64,000 nt of DNA, from contig LWCA01000058.1 in the NCBI GenBank assembly GCA_001642005.1, positions 1-64,000 on the forward strand, written 5' to 3'. The stretch's first letter is position 1; each line of letters starts with the position of its first letter. The position numbers and the translations under genes were made by a program. This document shows, in pieces, positions 63,545 to 64,000 of the stretch. This DNA is from Intoshia linei (taxonomy: Eukaryota; Animalia; Orthonectida). The notes under the pieces are model-generated. The model was not told the origin of the DNA. It searched no databases and saw only the letters and a list, made by a program, of their open reading frames with translations.

Positions 63545-64000
63545 GTACGTTTAAAATGTCTTTTTAGGTTCAACTATTTATAAAAAATCTTTTATGGTTT
63601 ACATCTATATTTTTATTATTATTGTAAATCATATATTTTTATTTATTATTAGAGTTTGATAACAGTAGATATTTTTATGATAATGGATTTGTTTCTTGAC
63701 ATTATATGTAAAGTTTTTGATGACATTTAAGTGATTGGCATGGGTCATTCTATCTTACTAGTATTGTTTAGTAATACATTTAAAGTAGTTTATATGATTG
63801 TTTTTTATGAACAATTACAGGTTAAAATCCTTCGCATTTTGGCATATAATGAACTGTCAATGTGTATGGGTTCGTTTTATTTGTCTCTTGAGGTTAATAA
63901 TGTACACGACTGTAAATATTTTAATCATTTGTTAAAGTTACATTTATGTCTCAATAATATTAGAATGTCTATCGTAACATTGTCCACGGTACATTGATTA

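Noticed and set aside
1-64000. tRNA, rRNA or snRNA genes; alternative genetic code; prokaryotic systems
   Set aside because: No recognisable RNA gene by eye (a covariance-model search is needed). Conserved genes translate cleanly with the standard code once spliced.

Overview
AT-rich eukaryotic (metazoan) genomic DNA with compact, intron-rich genes. Most introns are about 30-60 nt, and the long ones are filled with MITE, hAT, Tc1/mariner and Helitron debris. This architecture is what a reduced invertebrate-parasite genome such as an orthonectid would show, but the taxon is an inference. Genes reconstructed by hand, in order: SRSF10-like SR protein (-), eIF3a (+), a multi-Sushi/CCP type-I membrane protein (+), an ADAMTS-like metalloprotease with C-terminal ShKT domains (+), SNW1/SKIP (-), a small coiled-coil orphan (+), an intronless Rabaptin-5-like FYVE protein (+), a degenerate VPS10/Asp-box gene (-), an attractin-like gene (+), and the 5' part of a C2H2 zinc-finger gene (+). 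The most striking feature is in the SRSF10-like gene. Its RRM is interrupted by a U12-type AT-AC intron (1323..1074, - strand). That intron contains a second perfect U12 5' splice site and 11 copies of AAAGAU between the two donors, which suggests a minor-spliceosome-coupled poison-exon autoregulatory switch. Other points of interest are a 62-nt gap between eIF3a and the CCP gene (operon/trans-splicing-like), attractin without its N-terminal CUB/EGF module, a GC-AG intron in eIF3a, and an apparently complete non-autonomous Helitron. Exon coordinates were derived manually and may be off by a few nt where marked approximate.
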